Position numbers and translations under genes: made by a program. A stretch of DNA of 64,000 bases from the human T2T-CHM13v2.0 reference genome, Homo sapiens, in NCBI RefSeq assembly GCF_009914755.1, contig NC_060929.1, one strand, 5' to 3'. Within the stretch, counting starts at the first letter, position 1. Every line of letters begins with the position of its first letter. Of the stretch, positions 1-11,534 are shown piece by piece. Under the pieces are notes generated by a model that worked only from the letters and a program-made list of their open reading frames with translations, ran no database searches and was not told the origin of the DNA.

Positions 1-408
<408 letters not shown>

Positions 409-414
409 TAGATG

Positions 415-710
415 TGGTCTTGTGTCAGGGCCTCTGCCTGTGCCCTACCCTCCTCCTGGAACAGGCTTTTCCCTCTTGCTCTTTTCATCATTCAAACCTC
501 AGCTGAAATGCCCCCACCCTCCCTTCTGCCCTCTCTAAAGCTGGCGTCCAACCCCAGCATCCCCCATCTCGTCGCCCCGCTCGATATTTGTTAAGGGGTC
601 TGTTTGCATCTGAGGTTTCCTTGTCTGCTCACTGACTGTCCATCTCCCCTGCTGGAGTGTAAGCTCCGTGAGGGTCGAGTCCGTCCTATTCACCAGCGAA
701 TCCCCGGCAT
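415..710 (+). mobile_element. L2 LINE 3' fragment
   Basis: ctcccctgctggagtgtaagctccgtgagggtc resembles the L2 3' end. Confidence 0.55.
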
Positions 711-919
711 GGCGGCGATCAGTGCCGGTGGGTCGTGGAGGTGTTTGCTGCAGGCGGGTGGACGTAGGGGTGTGGGACCAGCATGAGGTCTGGGTGGGGA
801 TCGGGAGATGCCAGCGTCATGATGGGATGGAAGACGAGCGTGAGGAGGAAGAACGGCAGAAGGCTGAGGCTGGAGGCCGTGGGACCAGCCACAGGTGGTC
901 CCTCCAGGAACACAGCCCT

Positions 920-1023
920 CCAGGAACTCCTGCTGGAGGCTGAGAGCTCACTTCCCAGCTGTTTTCCCAAAGTGCTTTAATTGTATTTCCTTGGCTCTGA
1001 TTGGCTGCCTCTGGACCAATCCC
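920..1023 (+). repeat. Copy A of local ~104-bp direct duplication (copy B 2862-2965)
   Basis: Manual ungapped alignment 99/104 identical. Confidence 0.95.
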
Positions 1024-2203
1024 CGGGGCAGGTGAAGGCGGAGCATCCTGGGAAGGAGCTCGGGGAGGAATGGGGTTGAGTTAACTGAGGTGGGGTTCAG
1101 GAAGGAGAAAGTGGCACTCAGTCCCCTGTCTGAAGGCCAAGGGCAGGCCAAGTGGGAGGAGGCAGGAGAAGTGATGTTTGGTTTCACATCAGCAGACCCA
1201 GCAGGCAGGAGGGAAGGGAAGATGTTTCCAGAGAAAGAATAGAGCAGTGTGGGGAGCCCACGGTCAGGGAAGGGAAGGTGATAAAGGCCTTGGCCGTGGC
1301 TATGTGCTGAGGGGAAGGAGCCTGCAGATAAAGCAGGTGGGTGGGGAGGTCGCAGGAGGTGGGGTCATGGCCCTGGGCTTGGGTACGACAGCCTTTCCCC
1401 CTCTGAGACTGCACGCCCAGGGACCTGCCCAGGGTCAGGTGTGAGAGTGACCAGCCTGGACATCCAGGGCTCTTCCCAGTAGGGAATTGAGGCAGGAAGG
1501 TGGGAAAGCTGAGGATGGAGGAGAGGCACTTGGACTGCCCCGGTGGGGAGTCTAGCTGGTGTTCTGAAGGCCCAGGCAGAGCTGTGGCCATGGGGCAAAG
1601 CCACTGGCACAGGCCAGATCCTAGGTGGATCCTGCTAGGGATGATTGAGATTCCTGTCATTCAGGGGTGTCTGGTCGTGAGCCGTGGAAGCTGACTCTGG
1701 CAGGCGGAGGTTAAAGGGGTAGGATGGGGCTGGGCTGGGGAGGAGTGTTGAGGGCGGGGCCGCAGTCACACGGCTTTAGGGTAGCAGGAGAGCTGGACTT
1801 GGCAGGGTGCAGAAAGGAGGCTAGGAGCCTGGAACCCCAGCACCAGCTTCGGTCAGGTGTAGAGGCTCAGTATACTGGCGCCGTCGCTACCCCCGCTGAC
1901 ACAGCTGCTATTGCTCCTTGGCAGGAGTGTCTTGGCCACCGTCTGCTCCAATTTGGAGTTCCAGGAAGGGGCCCCTGATGTCCATCCCAAGGCTAGCAGA
2001 GGGTTCAGTCCTCCAGGCTGTGTCCTGTGGGGAAGAAGCACTGGGATGTGTTCTTGGGAAGATGGAAAGGACCCCGGATCCCGTTCACAGCCCTTGTGCC
2101 TCTTCCTCTCTCCGCTGGAAAGGCCCTGGCTACCGGGGAAGGATGAGGGGGGAGGGTCCTGGGGCTGCTCCCAGCCCTGAGCTCTTTGTTGCTGCCCTTG
2201 CAG

Positions 2204-2254
2204 GTGCTGGGAGCCCTGTTCCTGGCTATCGGCCTCTGGGCCTGGGGTGAGAAG
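2204..2254 (+). CDS. TSPAN17: Tetraspanin-17 coding exon 2 (VLGALFLAIGLWAWGEK; end of TM1, start of EC1)
   Basis: Acceptor ccttgcag| at 2203, donor AAG|gtaagg at 2255; 51 nt, phase 0; peptide matches TSPAN17/TspanC8. Confidence 0.96.
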
Positions 2255-2341
2255 GTAAGGCAGCGGGCGGGCGTGGAGCTGGTATGGGACGAGGTGGTGG
2301 GAAGGTCAGCTCCCCACACCTGCCTCTGCTGCCCGGCACAG

Positions 2342-2488
2342 GGCGTTCTCTCGAACATCTCAGCGCTGACAGATCTGGGAGGCCTTGACCCCGTGTGGCT
2401 GTTTGTGGTAGTTGGAGGCGTCATGTCGGTGCTGGGCTTTGCTGGCTGCATTGGGGCCCTCCGGGAGAACACCTTCCTGCTCAAGTTT
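2342..2488 (+). CDS. TSPAN17: TSPAN17 coding exon 3 (GVLSNIS...GCIGALRENTFLLKF; EC1, TM2)
   Basis: Acceptor gcacag| at 2341, donor TTT|gtgagt at 2489; 147 nt; tetraspanin GCxGAxREN motif. Confidence 0.97.
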
Positions 2489-2624
2489 GTGAGTGCTGCC
2501 CTCAAGATCCCCTGGGAACCCCCATCTCCTCCCATCCAGTTCTTGCAATACAGTTGGAGCTTAATGATGGGTAGCTTTATTATTATGCTATAATCGTCAT
2601 CGTTAGATTCATGTTGTCTATATT

Positions 2625-3170
2625 TACTAGGATCCTTTCCGTGGTATGGTAAGTGACCGAGACCTGGTGGCCCAAGCATAAAATATTTATTGACTCAAAT
2701 AAGAAAAGTCCAGGGTTGTGCTGGCTGCCGGTGCATTTTGATCCAGGGGCTGCCACAGTTTCACTTGGCCTGGTTTCTCCCTGTTTCTCGGGCTCCCCCC
2801 GTTTGGCTCCATTCCCAGGTGGCAGGAGGCTCAGGAACAGAGCCGGCTTCCCCATGCCCTCCCAGGAACTCCTGCTGGAGGCTGAGAGCTCTCTTCCCAA
2901 CCGTTTTCCCAAAGTGCTTTAATTGCGTTTCCTTGGCTCTGATTGGCTGCCTCTGGACCAATCCCTGGAGGCCGAGGGAGGCAGTGCTCTGATTGGTGGG
3001 CTTTAGGCACTTGCCAGTCCTGTATCTGGGACTGGTGGGTTTGGGGAGGTGTCTCCATCCGAACCTTGGAAACTAAAGGTTTGCATGGAGGATGGTTTTT
3101 CAGAGACAGCAGGGTGTGATTACCAGACAAAGGGAATTGGATGGGTAGGTAACAACAGATACCTATTACC
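2625..3170. mobile_element. Old MaLR LTR (MLT1K/L-like) in intron 3, containing duplication copy B
   Basis: attgactcaaataagaaaagtccaggg...gatccagggg, ctctgattggctg...ggaccaatc, typical of MLT1K/L. Confidence 0.55.
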
Positions 3171-3330
3171 ATCATATAACAATACTAAAATAATAGAAGG
3201 TGGGGGCTCTGGGCGCCTCTGGGTCTTGGTGGAGGTAGGGATGGAGCCCTTCCCTGTGGCACACCCAAGCCCTGGGAGGTCACCAGAGCCCTGCGTTTCC
3301 AACCCCTACTGTCTGTATGCCCAACCCCAG

Positions 3331-3501
3331 TTCTCCGTGTTCCTCGGTCTCATCTTCTTCCTGGAGCTGGCAACAGGGATCCTGGCCTTTGTCTTCAAGG
3401 ACTGGATTCGAGACCAGCTCAACCTCTTCATCAACAACAACGTCAAGGCCTACCGGGACGACATTGACCTCCAGAACCTCATTGACTTTGCTCAGGAATA
3501 C
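3331..3501 (+). CDS. TSPAN17: TSPAN17 coding exon 4 (FSVFLGLIFFLELATG...DLQNLIDFAQEY; TM3, start of EC2)
   Basis: Acceptor ccccag| at 3330, donor TAC|gtgagt at 3502; 171 nt; YRDDIDLQNLID typical of TspanC8. Confidence 0.97.
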
Positions 3502-4084
3502 GTGAGTCCAGTGTCCAGCCTGGGACACCTGTAGGAGGCGCCTTCCTGGCAGACGAATGAGGGAGCAAGTTCCCTGTGATGGGACCATCTCCTTACCCAC
3601 CTGGGCTAGCGGGCCCCAGGAGAGAGACCCAGGAGTGTCCTCGTCCGAGGAGAGCCAGCCCCTGCTGATCCTTATGGGTCCCCATTTGCCTAGTGCCATA
3701 GGGCCACGGCCTTGGGAAACAGAGGGCACGGGCTCCACACTAGCAGCTCCCAGGCCAGGGCCTACGACACACGGGAGAATGGAGGAAATGTGACATAAAA
3801 TATAGATTTCTACTTCTGCTAAACCTTGGGCCCACGGTATTGGCTGCAGCTATGTTGCTGCTGCCCCTTCACTGGTACAGAGGCTCTCTGTTTGCCATTG
3901 TTCCCAACACTCTGTATTTTATTATATCTGTCAGCCCTTATCTCTCATTTATACTATGTTTGGCCTCTGTGTATATTAGAGTTTAGACCCCTGATGGAAG
4001 GTCTGCCCTCAAACTTGCAAACTTAACCCCAGTGAAGAGCAGCCAGAGAAGAGTTCCTGAAACCCTATCTGCCTCCCACCTGCA

Positions 4085-4246
4085 CCATCTCGCCCACTCA
4101 CCCCTAACCACAAACACACAGTCACACACTGTCACCCACAGTCACACCCACACCTAGTCACACACTCGCAGGCACACTTGATCACACCTACACCTACACA
4201 TGGTCCCACAGTCACACATGAGTCACACCCGATCACACCCACACAC
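4085..4246. repeat. Degenerate CA-rich repeat (gtcacac-like units)
   Basis: Repeated cacagtcacac/gtcacaccc. Confidence 0.8.
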
Positions 4247-5482
4247 GGCGACAGGCCCTTGGCACCATTCACCACCAAGAGTCAGCTCTGGATCCAGAGG
4301 TGAAGCAGAGCTGGTGCCTGCTTCAAGCAGCTCTCAACCCAGGGCAGAGGCAGACATAGCCAGGCAGTTATGATGCAGTTCATTCATTCATTCAGCACAG
4401 GATTGTTAAGGGCCTACCATATGCCGGACCCAGAGCCAGGCCCTGAGGATTCGGCGGGGAAGAAAGCTGGGACCTGTCCTCTCAGGGCTGGCAGTCGGGA
4501 AGAGACAGATGGTGAACAAGCAGAACAAACAAATGTGTGCATGTACATACGTGTGTATGCAAAATTGTACATTGTGGTAAGAGTCAAAATGAAGGGTGGA
4601 GAATGGGAAGGCCTCTGCGTGGAGAGCTTGAAGCCTCCCAAAGGAGGAGAAGGAAGAGAAGGGAGAGTGTTCTGTAGCAGGAGCAGCTGGCGCTGAGCAG
4701 GTGCCAGGAGGCAGGTGGAGGCTGAGCCCTGCCCTGGGACCAGCACATGCAGGGCATGTGGCAGGCCTGACTCCTCCAGCTCTCTGGCTCGGCCACGGGG
4801 CCTGCCTGTGTCTGCTGCCGAGCTTGAGCTCCCCCAGCCCTGTGGGCTGCTCTCCAGCCCCTGCGCTGCTGCTCAGTGAGGGCTGTGTGCACCCGTGTGC
4901 CCCACAAGACCATGGTTCATGGCAGATCCCAAACTCGCCATTGCTCCTGCCTAGGGGACAGCTTAGGGTGTTCTGGGTGGGGGTGATGGGGTGTGGGATG
5001 ATGCCAGCCGGCATGGAGGAAATGGGGTGGCACGGCTATGGGGGTGGCAGGATTCCCCTCCTGTCCCTGCACTGAAGAGAGGAGGGCTTTGTAGAACCTC
5101 TGGGGCAAGTGTGGGAGGCCTGCTGCAGACATGGGGCCCAGCGGTCTCTGCTGCCACAGGGCTTGGCCCAGCGCCTGCCTCTCAGGTAGTCTGGAGGAAG
5201 CCACAGTCATTGAACCAGTATCCTTGTCCCACTCCCTCCCTTTTTCTAGCCTCTCTTGGGTCGGGGAAGGGGGAGCTCAGTGTCCCCTCCCTTGCACCCC
5301 TCTGCCTCCACCAGCCTGGAGGTTGGGCCCAGGCCTGTGGGGGTGGGGAGGTGGCCACCCACTTGGCTGTCCCAGCCCTGTCCCAGACAGCCCTGTATTC
5401 CTGCAGCCTGGGCTTGTTCCCAAACAGGGTGAGGCTCCTGGGGTGGGCCTGGCTCACCTGGGGCTCTCCCCTGCCCCCACAG

Positions 5483-5608
5483 TGGTCTTGCTGCGGAGCC
5501 CGAGGCCCCAATGACTGGAACCTCAATATCTACTTCAACTGCACTGACTTGAACCCCAGCCGGGAGCGCTGCGGGGTGCCCTTCTCCTGCTGCGTCAGGG
5601 ACCCTGCG
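5483..5608 (+). CDS. TSPAN17: TSPAN17 coding exon 5 (WSCCGARGPNDW...CGVPFSCCVRDPA; EC2)
   Basis: Acceptor ccacag| at 5482, donor GCG|gtgagt at 5609; 126 nt; CCG and PxSCC hallmark motifs. Confidence 0.97.
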
Positions 5609-6236
5609 GTGAGTGGGGCTGGGGGAGGAGAGGTAAGGGACTTTCCAGTGCACAGACTCTGGAGAAACCTCCCACAGGGCCCCGCTCCGCTCTGCCCTGC
5701 TCTGGGGGCGTGGATGCTGGGGGACGTCATTTTACATGGGTGGCACTGAGGCCTGTTGGGGCGCGGCTGCTTTCCCTGTTCAGCAAGACCTGTCTTTTTT
5801 ATCGTAGTGAGATGGAAACAGCAGGACCCTGGGGCACAGGGATGGGGACTGGCCTGGAGGCCTCCCTGCACCCTATACATCTACATAAACACAGCCGCAG
5901 CCATTGTCTGCTCCTGGCCAGCTTGAAGGTTGGCCAGGCTGTCACTCTCAGTTATGGTTGTATGTGATGGGGGTTGCCTGGGTCATTGCCAGCCAGCACC
6001 CCACTGGGCCACCGTTGCAGGGTAGCAGGGAGTGGGGACCTCTGTCCCTTTACGACTTTCTTCAGGGCAGAAACCTCTCCTGATGATGTTTCTTCAGTCA
6101 TAGTCCATCTGGGATGCCAAGGGCCAGGTTTCTCCCCATTCTTATAACACACCAGCAGGCAGGATTCCTGAACGGAGGCAGGTCCAGGTTGGCGATTGCA
6201 GCCACGCATTCCAGCGTCTGGGAAAGAGGCACGTGG

Positions 6237-6525
<289 letters not shown>

Positions 6526-6666
6526 TCACTTAAGACTGGTGGACACGGCAGAATCCACGGGCCCATCTGCGTCCTCTGAGAAGGAAAAGCCACCGCACTG
6601 CCCAGGTACCATGGACCCCATGGGATGCGTCCTCACCAAGTCACTAACTGGCCTGTCTCCCCTCAG

Positions 6667-6714
6667 GAGGATGTCCTCAACACCCAGTGTGGCTACGACG
6701 TCCGGCTCAAACTG
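6667..6714 (+). CDS. TSPAN17: TSPAN17 coding exon 6 (EDVLNTQCGYDVRLKL)
   Basis: Acceptor cctcag| at 6666, donor CTG|gtgaga at 6715; 48 nt; NTQCGY TspanC8 motif. Confidence 0.95.
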
Positions 6715-7288
6715 GTGAGAGGGGTAGGAACCGGGCTGGGGCAGGCAGGCAGGGGTACTGGGGTGGGTATGAGAGTGTCTATAACCTCCTCTGGAAGGCC
6801 TCAGGGATTCTTTGGGGAGAGGGTGCTGAGTCCCAGGAACCAGCCAGACACCCAGGCAGCGGAGGGGGAGTAGACCCCTGGGCCTGGGCAGATGTGGGTT
6901 TGCTCAGTTCTGCTCTGTGGAGCACCCTTGGGGTGCCCGGCTTTGCCCTAGAGGCCAGAGATTTGGTGCTCATGAGACAGTCGGCTCTGGAGGAGTGGAG
7001 GGAGAAAGACGGTAAGCCCTTAGAGAAAGCAATATGAACAGCCATGTGACAGTCTCAGCTGAGAGCTTGGAAGAAAATAAGGGAGGTGATAGGAGAGAAG
7101 CTGGGCAGGCAGGAGGGGGCGTGCATCTGTGCTGAGACCCCATGAGAAGGAGCCGGCTTTGTGGAGGGACTGTGGGGAGCAGGTACTGCAGGTTTAGACC
7201 CTGGGGTGGGCGTGAGCTTGGCAGGCTGGGAGGGTGGGAGCCGGCCTGAAGGGCAGGTAGGCTGAGCCTGGTGCCTGCGTGTCCCCAG

Positions 7289-7405
7289 GAGCTGGAGCAG
7301 CAGGGCTTCATCCACACCAAAGGCTGCGTGGGCCAGTTTGAGAAGTGGCTGCAGGACAACCTGATTGTGGTGGCGGGAGTCTTCATGGGCATCGCCCTCC
7401 TCCAG
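7289..7405 (+). CDS. TSPAN17: TSPAN17 coding exon 7 (ELEQQGFIHTKGC...GIALLQ; end of EC2, TM4)
   Basis: Acceptor ccccag| at 7288, donor CAG|gtaccc at 7406; 117 nt; GC motif before TM4. Confidence 0.96.
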
Positions 7406-7483
7406 GTACCCTTGTGGCCCCACGTGCCCCTCCCCTTGCCGGGGCCGCCCTCACTCTCCCCTCACCTGTCCTCTGTCTTACAG

Positions 7484-7549
7484 ATCTTTGGCATCTGCCT
7501 GGCCCAGAACCTCGTGAGTGACATCAAGGCAGTGAAAGCCAACTGGTGA
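7484..7549 (+). CDS. TSPAN17: TSPAN17 coding exon 8 (IFGICLAQNLVSDIKAVKANW*)
   Basis: Acceptor ttacag| at 7483; TGA at 7547-7549; exons 2-8 total 241 codons, consistent with a 270-aa protein if upstream exon 1 gives 29. Confidence 0.95.
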   Translation: MFGICLAQNLVSDIKAVKANW

Positions 7550-8106
7550 GGCCGCCAGAGGCCATGGCCACATGCCTGGCCTACACAGGCCTCTGGGGGG
7601 CCCCCCAGGACCCTCCTACTATACTCCTGACGGGCAAGGCTGCAGGAGATGTTCCTGCTGGGACTGAGCCTTGAGGGGTTCGCCTGAACCGCTGTGCTGT
7701 CCACCCACGGAGGAAGTTGCTGTGCCTCCGCCTGGGCCTCTTGTCCCGTATGCGTGTGTACACACACATGCAGGCACACGTGTGCACAGGGAGCCACCGT
7801 CTCGGCTACATTTGGGGTGGTGGACTCTCCAGGGGACTAGGAAGGGCGCAGCTCAGAGGGTGCAGGCCAAGTGGGGTGGGAGGTGCTGTGTGGAGGGTCC
7901 CCCCCGTTCCCTGCCCCCCAGTGCTGGGACGCACCTTTCTGTGCGTAGCTGTATGGGGCGCGTTGCCTGAGCCACTGCCTCACACAGCTTCAGAGCACTC
8001 TTTTCTATGAGCTGTAACTTTGAGCCTGCCAGGAACCCACCTCAGCCTCAGTGTCCCAGACTCTGAAATGGGTCCAAGAATTTTCTTTCTCTTGCTTGCC
8101 TCTCAG

Positions 8107-8287
8107 GAGCAAATGGAATGATGACTTTGAAAACCACTGGCTTACGCCCACCATTTCCGAGGTCCTGTCCACGGCGGGGCCTCAGCAGAACTCTCTGACT
8201 GGGGCCCCTGGCCCGGCCCCACCCAGCCGACATGTTTTCTTTGGCCTGGGTGGTTTATACCCTGAGCCAACCTTTAAAAATTGGTAG
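8107..8287 (+). CDS. TSPAN17: TSPAN17 alternative terminal coding exon (adds SKWNDDFENHW...PTFKNW, 59 aa; or EQME* in the other frame)
   Basis: Long polypyrimidine tract 8081-8104 then cag| at 8106; in frame with donor TG|gtgagg at 7546; TAG at 8285-8287. Confidence 0.8.
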
Positions 8288-9264
8288 ATTTCACATAAAA
8301 GTCCAGATCCACAGCTTCTCTTGAAGAATGACCACCTGGCTACGCCGGCTCTTCGGTGGCAACACTACCTGGGACACTGCCTCCCCAGTCACCAAGGGCC
8401 CCAGCTGGCCCGTTCTACTCACCTAAGTGCCGCCTGACCCTTGTACACTAGGAGCTGGCCTCCCACCTCTGCAGGGTTATTTCCTGCACCTCGAGGCCGC
8501 TGCGGGCCAATCTGGAGTGAAACACGGGGACCTGAAGGATGGAGAGGCTGGACCCCGCTTTGAAGAGGGTGCAGCCTGGGAAGGGCGGCCTTGCTGGGGA
8601 CTGCGGTGGGAGTAGAGTGCCCAGGAGAGGGTCTGAGGGGTGGGATGGGGGTCAGGACAATTTTGCAAAAGAAGTAGCTGGAAGCCATGGGACTGGCGGG
8701 AGCCTGTTTGGGGGATCTGGATGGTTGACTCCTAGGAGTCAAGTTCAGCATCTTCGCCGTGGCTGCAGAGCTGCCTGATGGGCACTAGAGGGCACGCCAG
8801 CCCCACACTCCCTGGGTCTGGCTTCCTCCCGCAACCTCACTCTAGTAGAGCCTGTGCCTGCCTACTAGCGCTCTGGGGTTCGGAGAGTTTGGGAATTTCT
8901 CAGAGCCAACTGGCTCAGGCTTGGGAAGGCTGGCTGCTGCCCTCAGCTCCGCCTCATCAGCTATGTGAAGGGGTGTGTATGGAGTGATCCTGCCGCCCCC
9001 TCCCTGGGCTGGTCCAGAGATCTCAAACTCCGATGCCCCTGGGGCCACGTATGTTGTGTAAATGGATGAAACAGGCCCTTGAGTTGGGAGCCTGCTTCAC
9101 TTTGACTTTCCCACTGTTGCTGGAGACAAAGACATCGTGATGAGAGAAAGTTCGCACAATCTAGTCGGTAACAGCCACTTTCCTTGAGACCAAGAGAGTG
9201 CGGTGGGGATGGGGGGGAGAGCACGGGTCCCCGTCTGACAGTGGCCGCTGCCATATTCAGGTGT

Positions 9265-9430
9265 AGCTAATTGCTCTGGTGTGGGAATGCAGGCCTAATG
9301 ACAGAAATCTGGAGAAGCCAGAAATACAGATTTGTATGTGAGATGTCCTGATTTTTTAAGTTGTTGGCAGAAATTAATTCAGAAATCAAATCTGCAGGCC
9401 AAACAAGGTGCAGGACCCAGCTTTGGCCCC
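9265..9430. mobile_element. MER103-like hAT DNA transposon in the TSPAN17 3' UTR
   Basis: gagaagccagaaatacagatttgtatgtgagatgtcctgatttttt...ggccaaacaa resembles MER103C. Confidence 0.6.
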
Positions 9431-9608
9431 ATGCCCCTGTAGGTCCCTCTGGGACAGTCACCGCTGGGGTCCTGGCTGCTCTGTCATTGAGGGATGCTGG
9501 GCACTGCTGCCGGGTGGCCAGGGTATGGGGCATGTGCCCAGCAATGTGGCTCCTTGGCCCCGCTGGCCAGTGTCCTGGGCCCCTGACAGGCGCTGGCTGT
9601 GAGTGGTT

Positions 9609-9670
9609 TGTACATGCTACAATAAATGCAGCTGGCAGCATTGTGCATGTGTCTTGCATTTTCACTTTCA
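9609..9670 (+). terminator. TSPAN17: TSPAN17 polyadenylation signal
   Basis: TGTA at 9609, AATAAA at 9621-9626, downstream GT/T-rich tract (ttgtgcatgtgtcttgcattttc). Confidence 0.85.
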
Positions 9671-10350
9671 CTTTATCCCTCAAACCACACAACACCCTGT
9701 GCGGTGGAATTTCTTTTCCTGATGAGGAAATGGACTCCGAGAGGGGAGGGAGGTTGCCTGGAGCGCACAGCTGGGAGGAGGCACACCAATCTGACCCTCC
9801 TGCTGGAGTTTCGCACCACACCTGTCCTGTGTGTCTGATATATTTGGGTAAAACCTCTGTACTCAAAGTAAGGGCGGTACATTCATCCCCCAAGTGTGAG
9901 TTGAACATCAACTCAGGGGTGGAGATACAGAGAAGGGCAAGGTCTTGCCTGTGTGCTGCATTCTTGTGGGGAAGACATGGAAAGCAAGCTGGCCAGCATT
10001 TTTGTTAGTAATACATACTATGAATAAAGCAGGAGTGACTGCAGGGAGGCCTGGGAGAAGGCGAGCAGAGGGGCACCATCTCTGGGCTGCTCTGGGGGAA
10101 CGATGTTCTAGGTTTTGGTACCAGCTTCTGTAGAGGCCTGGAAGCCAGCGTGGGCTCCATGTGAGGGAGCCTGGGGTGGCTGGAGAGGTGGGAGTGGGGA
10201 GGGGCAAACGGCATAAGCACAAGGAAGTGGTGTAACCAAGATATGTTTGGAAACAAGATTGAAGAGATGGGATGGGAGTGATGAGTAGGAGTGGTTGAGG
10301 CCCTGGCTGGGAACACGGAGTTCTCCAAAGCTCAGTTCTGCTACTGGATA

Positions 10351-10870
10351 TCCATTCTTCCATCCATCCACCCACATTCACCATCTACCCGTCCATCCGC
10401 TCACCCACACACCCATCCATCCACACGTTCACTCATCCATCCATCAATCATCCACTCACCCACCCACCACCCACCACCCACCTGCCCATTCATTTACATG
10501 TCCATCCATCCATCCATCCATCCATCCACTTATCCACCTACTCGCCCATTCATTCACATGTTCACTCATCTATCCATCTATTCACTCATCCATCCACTCA
10601 CCCACCCTCCCACCTACCCATGCATCCACACATTCACTTATCTATCCATCCACCCACTCTTCATCCATCCATTCATCCACCCACCCACCCATCCATTCAT
10701 CCAGTCACCCACCCACCCTTCCTCCATCCATTCACCCATCCACCCTTCCTCCATCCATTCACCCATCCACCCTTCCTCCATCCATTCACTCATCCACCCA
10801 CCCATCCCTCCATCCATCCATCCATCTTCATCCTCCATCGACTCACTCAGCTATCCACTGCCATTCACTT
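10351..10870. repeat. (CCAT/CCAC)n low-complexity repeat with 3x27-bp internal unit at 10714-10794
   Basis: Nearly G-free + strand; unit cacccttcctccatccattcacccatc. Confidence 0.92.
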
Positions 10871-11534
10871 AGGTAGGCCCTAGCTAGAGGCTGGGGTTAC
10901 TGAGGCAGCTCAGACCTGCCCCTGCCTTCCCGGAGCCCAGTATCTTGTTGGAGGCAGACAAGGAAGAGTTGCTAATGTGCAATGTATACGTGGTGACAAG
11001 GACGTGATGATCACTGCTAAGTGGGGTCTTGGGCTGGCTACAGACAAATTTCCTGTCCCCCAGTAGAACTTAGAGCAGTTCTTTGCACCAAGGGGCTCTT
11101 ACCCACAGATGATGCAGCTTCTTCAGATATGCAAAAACACAAGGGAGCTTGTAAGACTGTCCATCCCTCTAGGAGGGTCCCTGGGCCTTGGGACCAAGGT
11201 CACCTCCCACCGTCTGTTAGGATGAGATGCACACTCATCTGTTAGGTAGGGACAGGTGCATACTGGTAGAGACAGGTGCACACTGTCTGGCAGCCTGGGA
11301 GTCCCCTGTCTAACCACAGGAGAGGCTGCCAGCAGCTCCCTGATCAGCTTGGTGGGAGGACATCCTGTGACACCAAGATACCCTACAGAGAGAGCTGGAG
11401 GGACAGAGAACACCCAGGCTGGCGAGCTCCTTTATCTCTGGGTGAGGTGGTCATATGGGCTGGAGAGGACGGGCAGGAGCTCCTTCTGGGGAGGCTAAGG
11501 CCACAGATGCCTTGGTGGTAGCCACTCCCAGTTA

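Noticed and set aside
2005-2679. 224-aa minus-strand ORF
   Set aside because: Antisense shadow of exons 2-3; non-ATG start and no domain.
4991-5749. 252-aa ORF
   Set aside because: Only 5483-5608 is TSPAN17 exon 5; the rest is GC-rich intron read-through.
7748-7788. Alternating purine-pyrimidine palindromes (tgtgtacaca, gcacacgtgtgc) in the 3' intron/UTR
   Set aside because: Short (CA/TG)-type low complexity; too small and imperfect to call a pre-miRNA or functional hairpin.
10291-10883. Overlapping ~193-aa His/Pro/Ser-rich ORFs
   Set aside because: G-poor CCAT repeat that lacks stop codons by composition.
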